A stretch of DNA of 64,000 bases from Candidatus Hodarchaeota archaeon (GTDB lineage: Archaea; Asgardarchaeota; Heimdallarchaeia; Hodarchaeales; Hodarchaeaceae), in NCBI GenBank assembly GCA_048887065.1, contig JBHLKC010000001.1:1264-65263 (forward strand). Reading direction: 5' to 3'. The position numbers were made by a program, and so were the translations under genes. Each line of letters opens with the position of its first letter. Within the stretch, counting starts at the first letter, position 1. Positions 21,116 to 29,056 of the stretch are shown here, piece by piece. The notes below the pieces were generated by a model that did not search any database, was not told where the DNA came from, and saw only the letters and a list, made by a program, of their open reading frames with translations.

Positions 21116-21213
21116 AAAATAACACCATTTTTATCCTTTTAATATATTGAGTTCATTAAAACCTATGAATCTTCAGGTAATTTATTCCTGTATGATTTTT
21201 TTGCTATAAAAAT

Positions 21214-21678
21214 TCACCAGCGTGTAAGAATAAAAGTAGCATCCCATCCTTTAGACCGTTGTTCAATCTTACCTTTTTGGCACAATATAGAAAGAATACG
21301 TAAGTAGTTAAGGATTTTCTCTTCAGAAAGATCTGAAAGAGAGGAATGGATTTTAGACACATTATTCTGATCATTCGATAATGCTTGAAGTATGTCAACC
21401 GCTTCAGAGATTAAGCTGAATCTATATGGTTTTTCCTCTAAGGGTTTGCCTTTAGGGTTTAGAATCCATATATTATCTCTTTTTTCGACCTTTCCAAACG
21501 AATGTAAGTAATTTAAAAACCCTAGTGAATAGTAGGTATCGCTAATACAAAGGTCAGTTCCTGGTGATACCTCATAAGGAGAAGCTTCCTCACCCAAATA
21601 TTCCATTTTATCTATGACTTGGTAGAACGTATTAAAAGGAAATTTGTTAAAGGGGGGTTCATTAATTTCGGAATTCAT
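21214..21678 (-). CDS. hypothetical protein
   Basis: 154-aa ORF with no recognised motif. Confidence 0.3.
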   Translation of the reverse strand: MNSEINEPPFNKFPFNTFYQVIDKMEYLGEEASPYEVSPGTDLCISDTYYSLGFLNYLHSFGKVEKRDNIWILNPKGKPLEEKPYRFSLISEAVDILQALSNDQNNVSKIHSSLSDLSEEKILNYLRILSILCQKGKIEQRSKGWDATFILTRW

Positions 21679-21849
21679 TGCTATACCTTCTCATTAGTTT
21701 TTTCGAAATAGGCTGATCATGAACTTAAGAATCATAGTAATTCTTAAGTTCTGAACAGAGAAGTCATTACTCTTAAAATGTCCTTATCTTTTTGCGATTT
21801 TACAAACCTTAAAGTAATTTATGATATGGATTTCATACAAAGCACGCAA

Positions 21850-22320
21850 TCATCGGGATATATTCAAAGATTTTGAAAAAACAAATATTGTTTCATTATT
21901 AATTTCCTTTTCTCCAATAAGAGAAAATCCTAATTTTTCATAAAATTTACCGAGTTTAGGAACTTTTGCGTAGACTTCTAAATCTATTGCTTCATACTTC
22001 TGAACTTGGAATTTCTGATTTTTTTCAATTTCTCTAATAACCCATGTTCCTATTCCTTGGTTTTGAAATTCAGGTTTTATGGCAAAGTGGGAAATTTTTA
22101 TAGTGTTTCGTTCTGTGGGTGATAATGAGAATGTTCCAATAATGGTTTCATTCTCTTTACAAACAATAAATAATTGGTTTTGCTGAGATGAAGCTATTAA
22201 CTTCTTTTCAGTATCTATAATCGCCCCAGGAGGTCTAGATAATTTTTTTGTTATTTCTTGGTAAGAATTTTGGATTATTGTTTTTATTTGAGGGATATTT
22301 TTCTCTTTAGCAAGTATAAT
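21850..22320 (-). CDS. GNAT-family N-acetyltransferase lacking a canonical start codon (possible non-ATG start or pseudogene)
   Basis: Not in the ORF track. My own reverse-strand translation gives ...ILRIILAKEKNIPQIKTIIQNSYQEITKKL...HFAIKPEFQNQGIGTWVIREIEK...KLGFSLIGEK..., which carries the GNAT motif-A Q/RxxGxG (QNQGIGT). Over about 165 codons there is no in-frame ATG, GTG or TTG before the motif. Confidence 0.5.
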   Translation of the reverse strand: MILAKEKNIPQIKTIIQNSYQEITKKLSRPPGAIIDTEKKLIASSQQNQLFIVCKENETIIGTFSLSPTERNTIKISHFAIKPEFQNQGIGTWVIREIEKNQKFQVQKYEAIDLEVYAKVPKLGKFYEKLGFSLIGEKEINNETIFVFSKSLNISR

Positions 22321-22426
22321 GCGTAATATTTTCGACCCACCGAAGCTAGGATATATTTTGGTTTTAGATTATTTTACCGATTTTTAATGGAGAAATATTG
22401 TTTAATACATCATTAGTTCTATATAC

Positions 22427-23158
22427 TTAATTGTCTCGTATATAACGAGCTGGAGAACCCGCATAAACAGTATTAGAGGGGATTTTTTGATTCTTTTTGA
22501 CAACAGAATTGACTCCAATGATAACATTGTCTCCAATCTCGGCTCCAGGCGCAATTATCGTATTTCCCCCGATTGTCACATTTTTACCGATTTTAACTGG
22601 AGAGATTGTTAGATATCGGGATTCGGTAACATGTGATGCAATGATAGCCCTGAGTCCAATAAATGAATTATCTCCAATAGTTACCAAATACGAATCAATC
22701 ATTGTTCCTGCTGACAGATAAACGTTCTTACCAACTTTCAATCCATATAAGCGTAAAAATTTTCCCAACAACAGCGAATACAAATGTGGAATAAAACTAA
22801 AAGCCTTTAGCATGCTCTTAAAGATGCTTGGGGACACTATAGCAACACTATATAGCATTGCTTCTTTAGAATTGTGATGAAATCTCCCAGGCGTGAGTTT
22901 AGGAAGAAAAATTCGGCATACTACTTGCGAATGTAAAATACCATAAATAATCGTGGAGATTAAGTAGAGAATTGGTAATGATAATGCAATTAGTAACCAG
23001 AGTGCAAAATCATGGACGGTAAGCATTAATAAATAAACAAAGAAAAATTCTGGAATGAAAACTGCCATAAAGAGAATTGCAGTAAAGAAAAAATAAAGAG
23101 GTAAGCGGAGATTAACTGGAACTATCAAATCCAAACTTCCCAGGTGAATAACGTTCAT
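22427..23158 (-). CDS. membrane-anchored hexapeptide-repeat (left-handed beta-helix) acyl/acetyltransferase-like protein
   Basis: 243 aa. Two N-terminal TM helices, then C-terminal hexapeptide repeats (IGDNSFIG, IGKNVTIGGNTIIAPGAEIGDNVIIGVNSVV). Starts 19 nt downstream of the roadblock gene. Confidence 0.6.
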   Translation of the reverse strand: MNVIHLGSLDLIVPVNLRLPLYFFFTAILFMAVFIPEFFFVYLLMLTVHDFALWLLIALSLPILYLISTIIYGILHSQVVCRIFLPKLTPGRFHHNSKEAMLYSVAIVSPSIFKSMLKAFSFIPHLYSLLLGKFLRLYGLKVGKNVYLSAGTMIDSYLVTIGDNSFIGLRAIIASHVTESRYLTISPVKIGKNVTIGGNTIIAPGAEIGDNVIIGVNSVVKKNQKIPSNTVYAGSPARYIRDN

Positions 23159-23177
23159 TTATTCATGTTCTTTTTCT

Positions 23178-23981
23178 TTATTGCGGGATTACTTCTCTGA
23201 TTTGTTTAACAGTTTCGGAAATTCTCACAACGAGAGATTCAAGTCGTGCTGTTGGGTTACCATCCACACAAAGTAATAATCCTTCACTAATTTTATAGGC
23301 CACTAAATTAGTAGCTTCGGATGAGACCACCAAATATCTTAAATTACGCATATAAGTGCTGACATTTAAGATTCGAATAGCCCCAGCCATTTGCAGATGA
23401 TCCATATTGTACTCAATAAGGATGTCTCCTGTAAAAGAAATTATCATAGCTCCCCTTACAACTCCTTCTTCACTTTTTACGAGTTTTCTTAAGTAAAATT
23501 TAGCAGCATTTTTTGAAGAAGTAAGCATTTCTCTTGTCTCACCACTGAAGATTTCATCTACCTCTTCAGTGAAATTGGAAAACATATCTGTGTCTACAAT
23601 ATCAATCTTCTTGATATCATCGCTATATTTGGATAAAAATAAACTCGCAATTGTTGTTAGTTTGAATTGCATATCCATAGTACTGACAAGGGGAGATGCT
23701 AAGATTGCAAATACCAGTTCATCTCTTTCAATGAATGAAAAGCGGTTATCGGTCATATCCACCACTCGAAGGTCGCTTAAAGATGATTTCGCAAACGAAA
23801 ACATTGCAGTTAAGAAAGCAACCACAAGATGGGCATCAGGTGTTTTTCCTTCATTGGTCTCATAAGATCGCGTGAATAAGGTCTCACCTGATTCTTTTCG
23901 GAAAATAAAAAAAGCCTTTATTTGTTTAAATAATTCTAATGTCAACATTCTTCCCTCATAAGAATTCCTTCGCCTTAACAT
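23178..23981 (-). CDS. tandem roadblock/LC7/longin-like domain protein (MglB/Lamtor-like GTPase partner)
   Basis: 267 aa in two ~120-aa halves, each with a beta-beta-alpha-beta-beta-alpha pattern. The second half (VRGAMIISFTGDILIEYN ... EGLLLCVDGNPTARLESLVVRISE) matches the classic roadblock signature. Overlaps the GTPase gene by 26 nt. Confidence 0.6.
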   Translation of the reverse strand: MLRRRNSYEGRMLTLELFKQIKAFFIFRKESGETLFTRSYETNEGKTPDAHLVVAFLTAMFSFAKSSLSDLRVVDMTDNRFSFIERDELVFAILASPLVSTMDMQFKLTTIASLFLSKYSDDIKKIDIVDTDMFSNFTEEVDEIFSGETREMLTSSKNAAKFYLRKLVKSEEGVVRGAMIISFTGDILIEYNMDHLQMAGAIRILNVSTYMRNLRYLVVSSEATNLVAYKISEGLLLCVDGNPTARLESLVVRISETVKQIREVIPQ

Positions 23982-24540
23982 TCAGGATGTTGATAGTTAA
24001 TGTCCGAAAGGCTTCGTTAACATTTTCTCCAGTCTTTGCAGAAGTTTCGATATAATCGATAGCATGCATATGTTGTTGGACTTCTTTGGCTCTTTTTTTC
24101 GTAACTTCCCTTTTCAAATCGGATTTATTACCAATGAGGAATGATAGAGACTTTGGAGATACTCGCAATACTTGACTTTGCCATCGTTCCTGGATTGCAT
24201 TAAGTGTCTCTTTGCGTGTTAAATCAAAAACATAGAAAGCTCCTGATGCTCCCTTTAAGTATAAATGGGAATACGAGACATGTCTCGCTTGACCAGCAAT
24301 ATCCCAAACCTGAAGTGAAACATTTCGGAGGATGTCGTTATTATCAATGAATTTAACCTTCTTCGTCAAAAAATCCACTCCCAAACTCATACTATATTCC
24401 TCCTTAAATTTATTTTCAATGAATCTTAATATTAAAGACGTTTTTCCAACCATGCCATCTCCAAGAAGAAGAACTTTTAATACATGCTTATATTCTGTTT
24501 GTGATTTAACCAAACCCATATCTCCACGGATTGAACTCAT
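23956..24540 (-). CDS. Ras-superfamily small GTPase (Rab-like)
   Basis: G1 GDGMVGKTS, switch I SLGVDF (Rab TIGVDF-like), G3 WDIAGQ, G4 GNKSD, G5 ETSAK. 194 aa. Confidence 0.85.
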   Translation of the reverse strand: MSSIRGDMGLVKSQTEYKHVLKVLLLGDGMVGKTSLILRFIENKFKEEYSMSLGVDFLTKKVKFIDNNDILRNVSLQVWDIAGQARHVSYSHLYLKGASGAFYVFDLTRKETLNAIQERWQSQVLRVSPKSLSFLIGNKSDLKREVTKKRAKEVQQHMHAIDYIETSAKTGENVNEAFRTLTINILNVKAKEFL

Positions 24541-24952
24541 CTAGGTGATTTTGAACAATCATTAATTTTCAATTAACTGTTATAAATATTATACTCTTAG
24601 GATAAGTAGAGTTCCTTTCTTTGAATTTAAATGATCACCTAAAAAGTGATCGTGTTGATTTTATTTCCATAGTAAATAGTAATTCTCCTAAGTATAATGT
24701 ATTGTTTCCGATTCCTCCTCGGTAGAGTTCTTTCTGAATTTTTAATAAATATTTTTCAGTCTAAATAAGAGTAGATAAAAATCTTAATGCAAAAGAAGAA
24801 ATGTATGAGAAATGATAAAGAAAACGTAAGCTAATTTCTTTTAACACAATAATTAATTAACTCAGGTTAGAGTATTTGTGTTTAATGAACCTTATATATA
24901 TTTGAAATTACATATATTCAAGAAAATTATTGAGACCTAAACCTAAATACAA

Positions 24953-25261
24953 GTGTTAGCAAATAAAAAGTATATTTTTTCACTTAGCATATTAAGATTA
25001 AAAAAAAGCTTGTTGGTGGATTTAAGTTTGATCGATTCAGAATCCTCCGGAACAGAAAAATGGATAGAGATTGTTTTGAAAGAATTGAAAAGCGCTAGCA
25101 CAGTTGAAATTATTGATCGGGTAAGCATATTTAACCAAGATTGCGCTGATCGGATTCCAATGGTTCTAACCCAGATGAGGATGGATGGTAAAATAACTTA
25201 TAAGGTAGTTTCTTCTAAAAATGGGGAAAAGAAACAGATAGTGTGGGAATTGATCGATTGA
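24953..25261 (+). CDS. hypothetical small protein (possible winged-helix)
   Basis: 102-aa ORF between divergent operons. The C-terminal half has a weak wHTH-like pattern. The N-terminal 25 aa may not be translated. Confidence 0.25.
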   Translation: MLANKKYIFSLSILRLKKSLLVDLSLIDSESSGTEKWIEIVLKELKSASTVEIIDRVSIFNQDCADRIPMVLTQMRMDGKITYKVVSSKNGEKKQIVWELID

Positions 25262-25274
25262 ACAAATCTCATTG

Positions 25275-26957
25275 CTAAATAGGCATTTCTTCTCCTTCAT
25301 AGGGAATATATACGTTTGTACTTTTTGCTAGAGAATATTTTTTTGAGATTACTTCATTTCCTAAATGAATTAGGGCAAGTCGCTTAGTTAAAGGCGCTAA
25401 TTTCATTGCTTGATGAAAATTTAAATGAATATCAAGTTTAGTATCAAAAAAATTACACTCAATTATGGACAAATCTGTGTTTTTAACCAAGAGAATTAAA
25501 TTATCTGTCCATCCAGTATCTCCACTGTATGCAATCGTGATTTTATTTGTTTCTAATCTATAACCTTGTGATTCAGGATTATGTTGCATGTCAATCGCTT
25601 TAATGGTAATCCCATTTAATTCTAAAGGTTGTTGGGGGGAAATTACTTTATAATGACATGCAAAAGGTTTTTTCTCATTTGCAATATTTTCGTACAAAGC
25701 GTGATATAGAGATTTGACCTTATCCTCAATATTATGAGGACCTATTATACTTAAGGGTTTTTTTCTATTTTGCTGTATGCTCGCTTCAAGAAGTATAAAG
25801 GGTAAACCTGCAAAATGATCCCCATGAAAATGTGATATCAATATAAGATCTATATCATCTGTTTTTCTTCCTGCTTTTTTCAATGCAGGTAAAGTATGTG
25901 GTCCACAATCTAACAGAATTCCATACTGATCTAGCTCAATAAAAACTCCCGCACTCTTATAAGCACTTGATGCAAACGCATCACCTGTTCCTAAAAATAA
26001 AATATTCGCTTTTGGGGGAGTTTGGGGTAAAATTCTTGTGCCAACATTTTTCCCATTCAGTGCCTCTTCAAATTCTTCAATACCCACAACCCAGCAATTT
26101 ATAAAGCTATTCGCTAATTCTACTAAATTTCTAAGCTTTCCTCCCATAGATTCCGTTACATCGTATTCTTCGATAGATTTTTCATTACTAAATGCTAGCA
26201 GATTATTCTTAGAGTCGTAACAAATAAAATCATGATTATTTACTTCAATTTTTGAAATAAATTGAGCGTCATCATATTTAGGATCCTTGGTATAAATTCC
26301 TGTTTTTTTACCTTTAACATCTGTTAAGAAAATCGCATCAGATATTTGAGTATGAGTGAAACGCCTCATTAAGGCCGAAGGTACAATGTCTCCTGAGAAT
26401 ACCTTCCACCCAGTAGGAGTATGACCAACATCTCCGTAGAAAATGGGCACAGCATTTGTATTGTTAATTATCTGTTCAAGCACGGAAAGATCTTGAGTAA
26501 TGGCTTCCTTTGATGAAATTTGATCTGTAGGGGCTCCGCTCATTATTTGATGAGAAGAAATTGAAATAGCATTTATCCCATGCCTTATAGCAGATGCAAC
26601 TACAAATTCGTTTTGAATATTTACAGCAAGTTTAACAATCGAATAACCTTGTTGGATATTTGAATATTTTTCTAGAAGATGTAAAACCAAAGAGTGGCCA
26701 ATGGAACCTGCTCCATGGACCAGGATTATTTTTCTTTGGGGATTTTTGCTCAAAAAAGAAGATAATGTCGAGAAAACATCATTTAGTTTTTGAAAGTTCA
26801 TTAACTTCGAAATTTTTTCGTTTAAGTCTTTGAGAGATCCATTCCCCTCCATAAAACGATCAATCTCTTTTAAATAATCCTCAATCCCCTCCTTGTTTCT
26901 TTTGTACGTAATTAAACTTCCACCAAGCTTAACGATTAAGACTTGTTTTTTTCTCAT
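25275..26957 (-). CDS. fusion protein: isopentenyl-phosphate-kinase-like amino-acid-kinase domain + metallo-beta-lactamase-fold hydrolase domain
   Basis: N-terminal IPK/FomA-type motifs (LIVKLGGSLIT, LVHGAGSIGH, TDVKGKKTGIYTKDP, ESMGGKL). C-terminal MBL motif ISHFHGDHFAG with downstream His/Asp ligands. 560 aa. Confidence 0.7.
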   Translation of the reverse strand: MRKKQVLIVKLGGSLITYKRNKEGIEDYLKEIDRFMEGNGSLKDLNEKISKLMNFQKLNDVFSTLSSFLSKNPQRKIILVHGAGSIGHSLVLHLLEKYSNIQQGYSIVKLAVNIQNEFVVASAIRHGINAISISSHQIMSGAPTDQISSKEAITQDLSVLEQIINNTNAVPIFYGDVGHTPTGWKVFSGDIVPSALMRRFTHTQISDAIFLTDVKGKKTGIYTKDPKYDDAQFISKIEVNNHDFICYDSKNNLLAFSNEKSIEEYDVTESMGGKLRNLVELANSFINCWVVGIEEFEEALNGKNVGTRILPQTPPKANILFLGTGDAFASSAYKSAGVFIELDQYGILLDCGPHTLPALKKAGRKTDDIDLILISHFHGDHFAGLPFILLEASIQQNRKKPLSIIGPHNIEDKVKSLYHALYENIANEKKPFACHYKVISPQQPLELNGITIKAIDMQHNPESQGYRLETNKITIAYSGDTGWTDNLILLVKNTDLSIIECNFFDTKLDIHLNFHQAMKLAPLTKRLALIHLGNEVISKKYSLAKSTNVYIPYEGEEMPI

Positions 26958-27256
26958 CCACTTTTCACCAATACATTGCTACCAGACTTATGAATTGAGT
27001 TTTATTACTTAAGACGGGGTATATTATAAGGCTAAAATACTAGCTATGTCTAGATACCTTCGTGTAACGACATGGCACTATTACTGTTCCAGTAGGAATG
27101 CCTTGTATATTCACTTGCTAGCTACTCTAATTGATTAAAAACCTAAATTTCTTTCCTAAAAAATACCTACTGCTGATGAGTGCTGCTCATAGATCAGAAG
27201 AATTTTTTTATTAGAATATTATTCTAATAAAATCATCTAAGACGAGGCTTAATCTC

Positions 27257-28903
27257 ATGAAACTAACTCTAAGAGTTTTCATTATTTTGCCTACGAGCAT
27301 TGTATGGTTAATAACAGCTCTCTTTTTACTTGTTTATGGATTTGAACTTATTCTTTTTGTGTTTCCAAGTAATGTGTATGATTTAGTTTTGAATCCAGGA
27401 ATTTTCTTATTATTCATAACAGCATGTTTAGCTACATTAGCATTATATACCACTGGCCATGCTATTGACAAGAATACGAAATTATTGAAGCCCCTAACAA
27501 AAATATCGCTTTTCATGAGCGGGGTTTGCTTACTATTGATAGTAATTGGTACCGAATATCAAATATTTTTGTTTCTTGGACTCCCTGGTCTTGGAATTTC
27601 TTTGGGTATTCTAGCTACAACATCTGGTGTTGTCTTTGGTTACTATTCTGAAATTGATAATAGGGGTCGTCTTTATGCTTTAGCAATCATTCTTAGCGCT
27701 CTCTTTTCTATCTTTTCTATTATTCTGTTAAACTCTCTTAATATTGATTTTCGGATTCATTTATTCCTTATTGGGCTCATATCAATTTTATCGGCAATTG
27801 TTATTCATTATATTTCTCGTTCAATTGAACCATGGAGGAATGATCCCTACCCGACCTCTATTATTAGAATATTTGACAGAAGATCTGTTAAAGCCTATTT
27901 AGCTGCCCATTTTTTCATATATTTAATGATTGGTATCGCTTTTTCCACTATTTCTCGATTGGGACTAGCAGAGGATTTGACAATTTTCTTAGATTTATTT
28001 ATAATAGAGAAATTTAGCATAGATCAGAATACATTTTTCTGGCTTTTGGTATTCATTGGTGATCTGTTCTTCATTTGGCCAATGGCTCTACTTAGTGATA
28101 AAATAGGTAGAAAGACAATTATGGTATTAGGTTGTTATGGGATAGTTTTCGCTGCTATTATTGTTGGATTAGGTACTGACATTCTTTCATATTATTTATC
28201 TGCATTCATTTTGGGCGGAAGTTTTGCTACTATGCACCCTTCAATCGATAGCGCAGTATGGGCTGATTTGAGTCCCCTTGATTCTTTAGGACGTTATTAT
28301 GCTTTAGGATTTATTTCTCTTCTTCAAGGGATTGGAGTTGGTTTAGCTATAGGCCTTCTTTTTTCTTCATTTATCGGAAGTGATATGGCTACAATTAGCT
28401 ATGTTCTTATTGGACTTGCGATCCTGGGCATGTTTTTTCTCTTCTTTGTTGTAGATTCCTTTATGCCCATTGATATTTTTCTTTTGTTATTATCCAGAAG
28501 TGGAATGTTAATTTTTAGTCATGATTTCCAGCGAGGTGAAGAAATATCAGACAAAGACTTAACACTTGTGACTGGAGCTTTATCGGCAATCAATACAATT
28601 TTTACCGAGACTATTCATGAACAAGAAGCTGCTTTAGATTTAGTTAGACACGGTAACGTGTTCATTGTGCAATCCAAAGTTTCTACGGAGAAAGGAGAAC
28701 TATTAGCGACAGTTTTTGCCAATAAAAATGATCCTGAGATTTATCGAGGTGTACGCTTGTTCCTAACAAAATTCGCTCACACATTTGAAGACGAACTTCA
28801 GACTTGGGTTGGCCGAAGTGATGCTTTCTTAAAAGCGATTGATATAGCTGAGGATGTATTTGGTCCTCTGATTCCTTCAAAAACATTTTCAACCCCCTCT
28901 TAA
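27257..28903 (+). CDS. polytopic MFS-like membrane protein fused to a C-terminal cytoplasmic roadblock/longin-like domain
   Basis: 548 aa. About 12 TM helices with MFS motif-A-like LSDKIGRKTIMVLG. The C-terminal ~130 aa (MLIFSHDFQRG..LTLVTGALSAINTIF..LDLVRHGNVFIVQSKV..ELLATVFANKNDP..RLFLTKFAHTFEDEL) align with the N-terminal domain of the 23178-23981 protein. Confidence 0.6.
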   Translation: MKLTLRVFIILPTSIVWLITALFLLVYGFELILFVFPSNVYDLVLNPGIFLLFITACLATLALYTTGHAIDKNTKLLKPLTKISLFMSGVCLLLIVIGTEYQIFLFLGLPGLGISLGILATTSGVVFGYYSEIDNRGRLYALAIILSALFSIFSIILLNSLNIDFRIHLFLIGLISILSAIVIHYISRSIEPWRNDPYPTSIIRIFDRRSVKAYLAAHFFIYLMIGIAFSTISRLGLAEDLTIFLDLFIIEKFSIDQNTFFWLLVFIGDLFFIWPMALLSDKIGRKTIMVLGCYGIVFAAIIVGLGTDILSYYLSAFILGGSFATMHPSIDSAVWADLSPLDSLGRYYALGFISLLQGIGVGLAIGLLFSSFIGSDMATISYVLIGLAILGMFFLFFVVDSFMPIDIFLLLLSRSGMLIFSHDFQRGEEISDKDLTLVTGALSAINTIFTETIHEQEAALDLVRHGNVFIVQSKVSTEKGELLATVFANKNDPEIYRGVRLFLTKFAHTFEDELQTWVGRSDAFLKAIDIAEDVFGPLIPSKTFSTPS

Positions 28904-29056
28904 TCATTAAAAATCACTCTTGTTTTGAACCTAAGGTTTATACCTTAACTTGGGATTTCGATACTGCTTTTTCATTGAACCAATCTAAAAATGGAATGGA
29001 GAAGTTTTTTTAATCTAATCAAACTCTGATTAAGAAAACAAAAGGAATGTCTAAAA

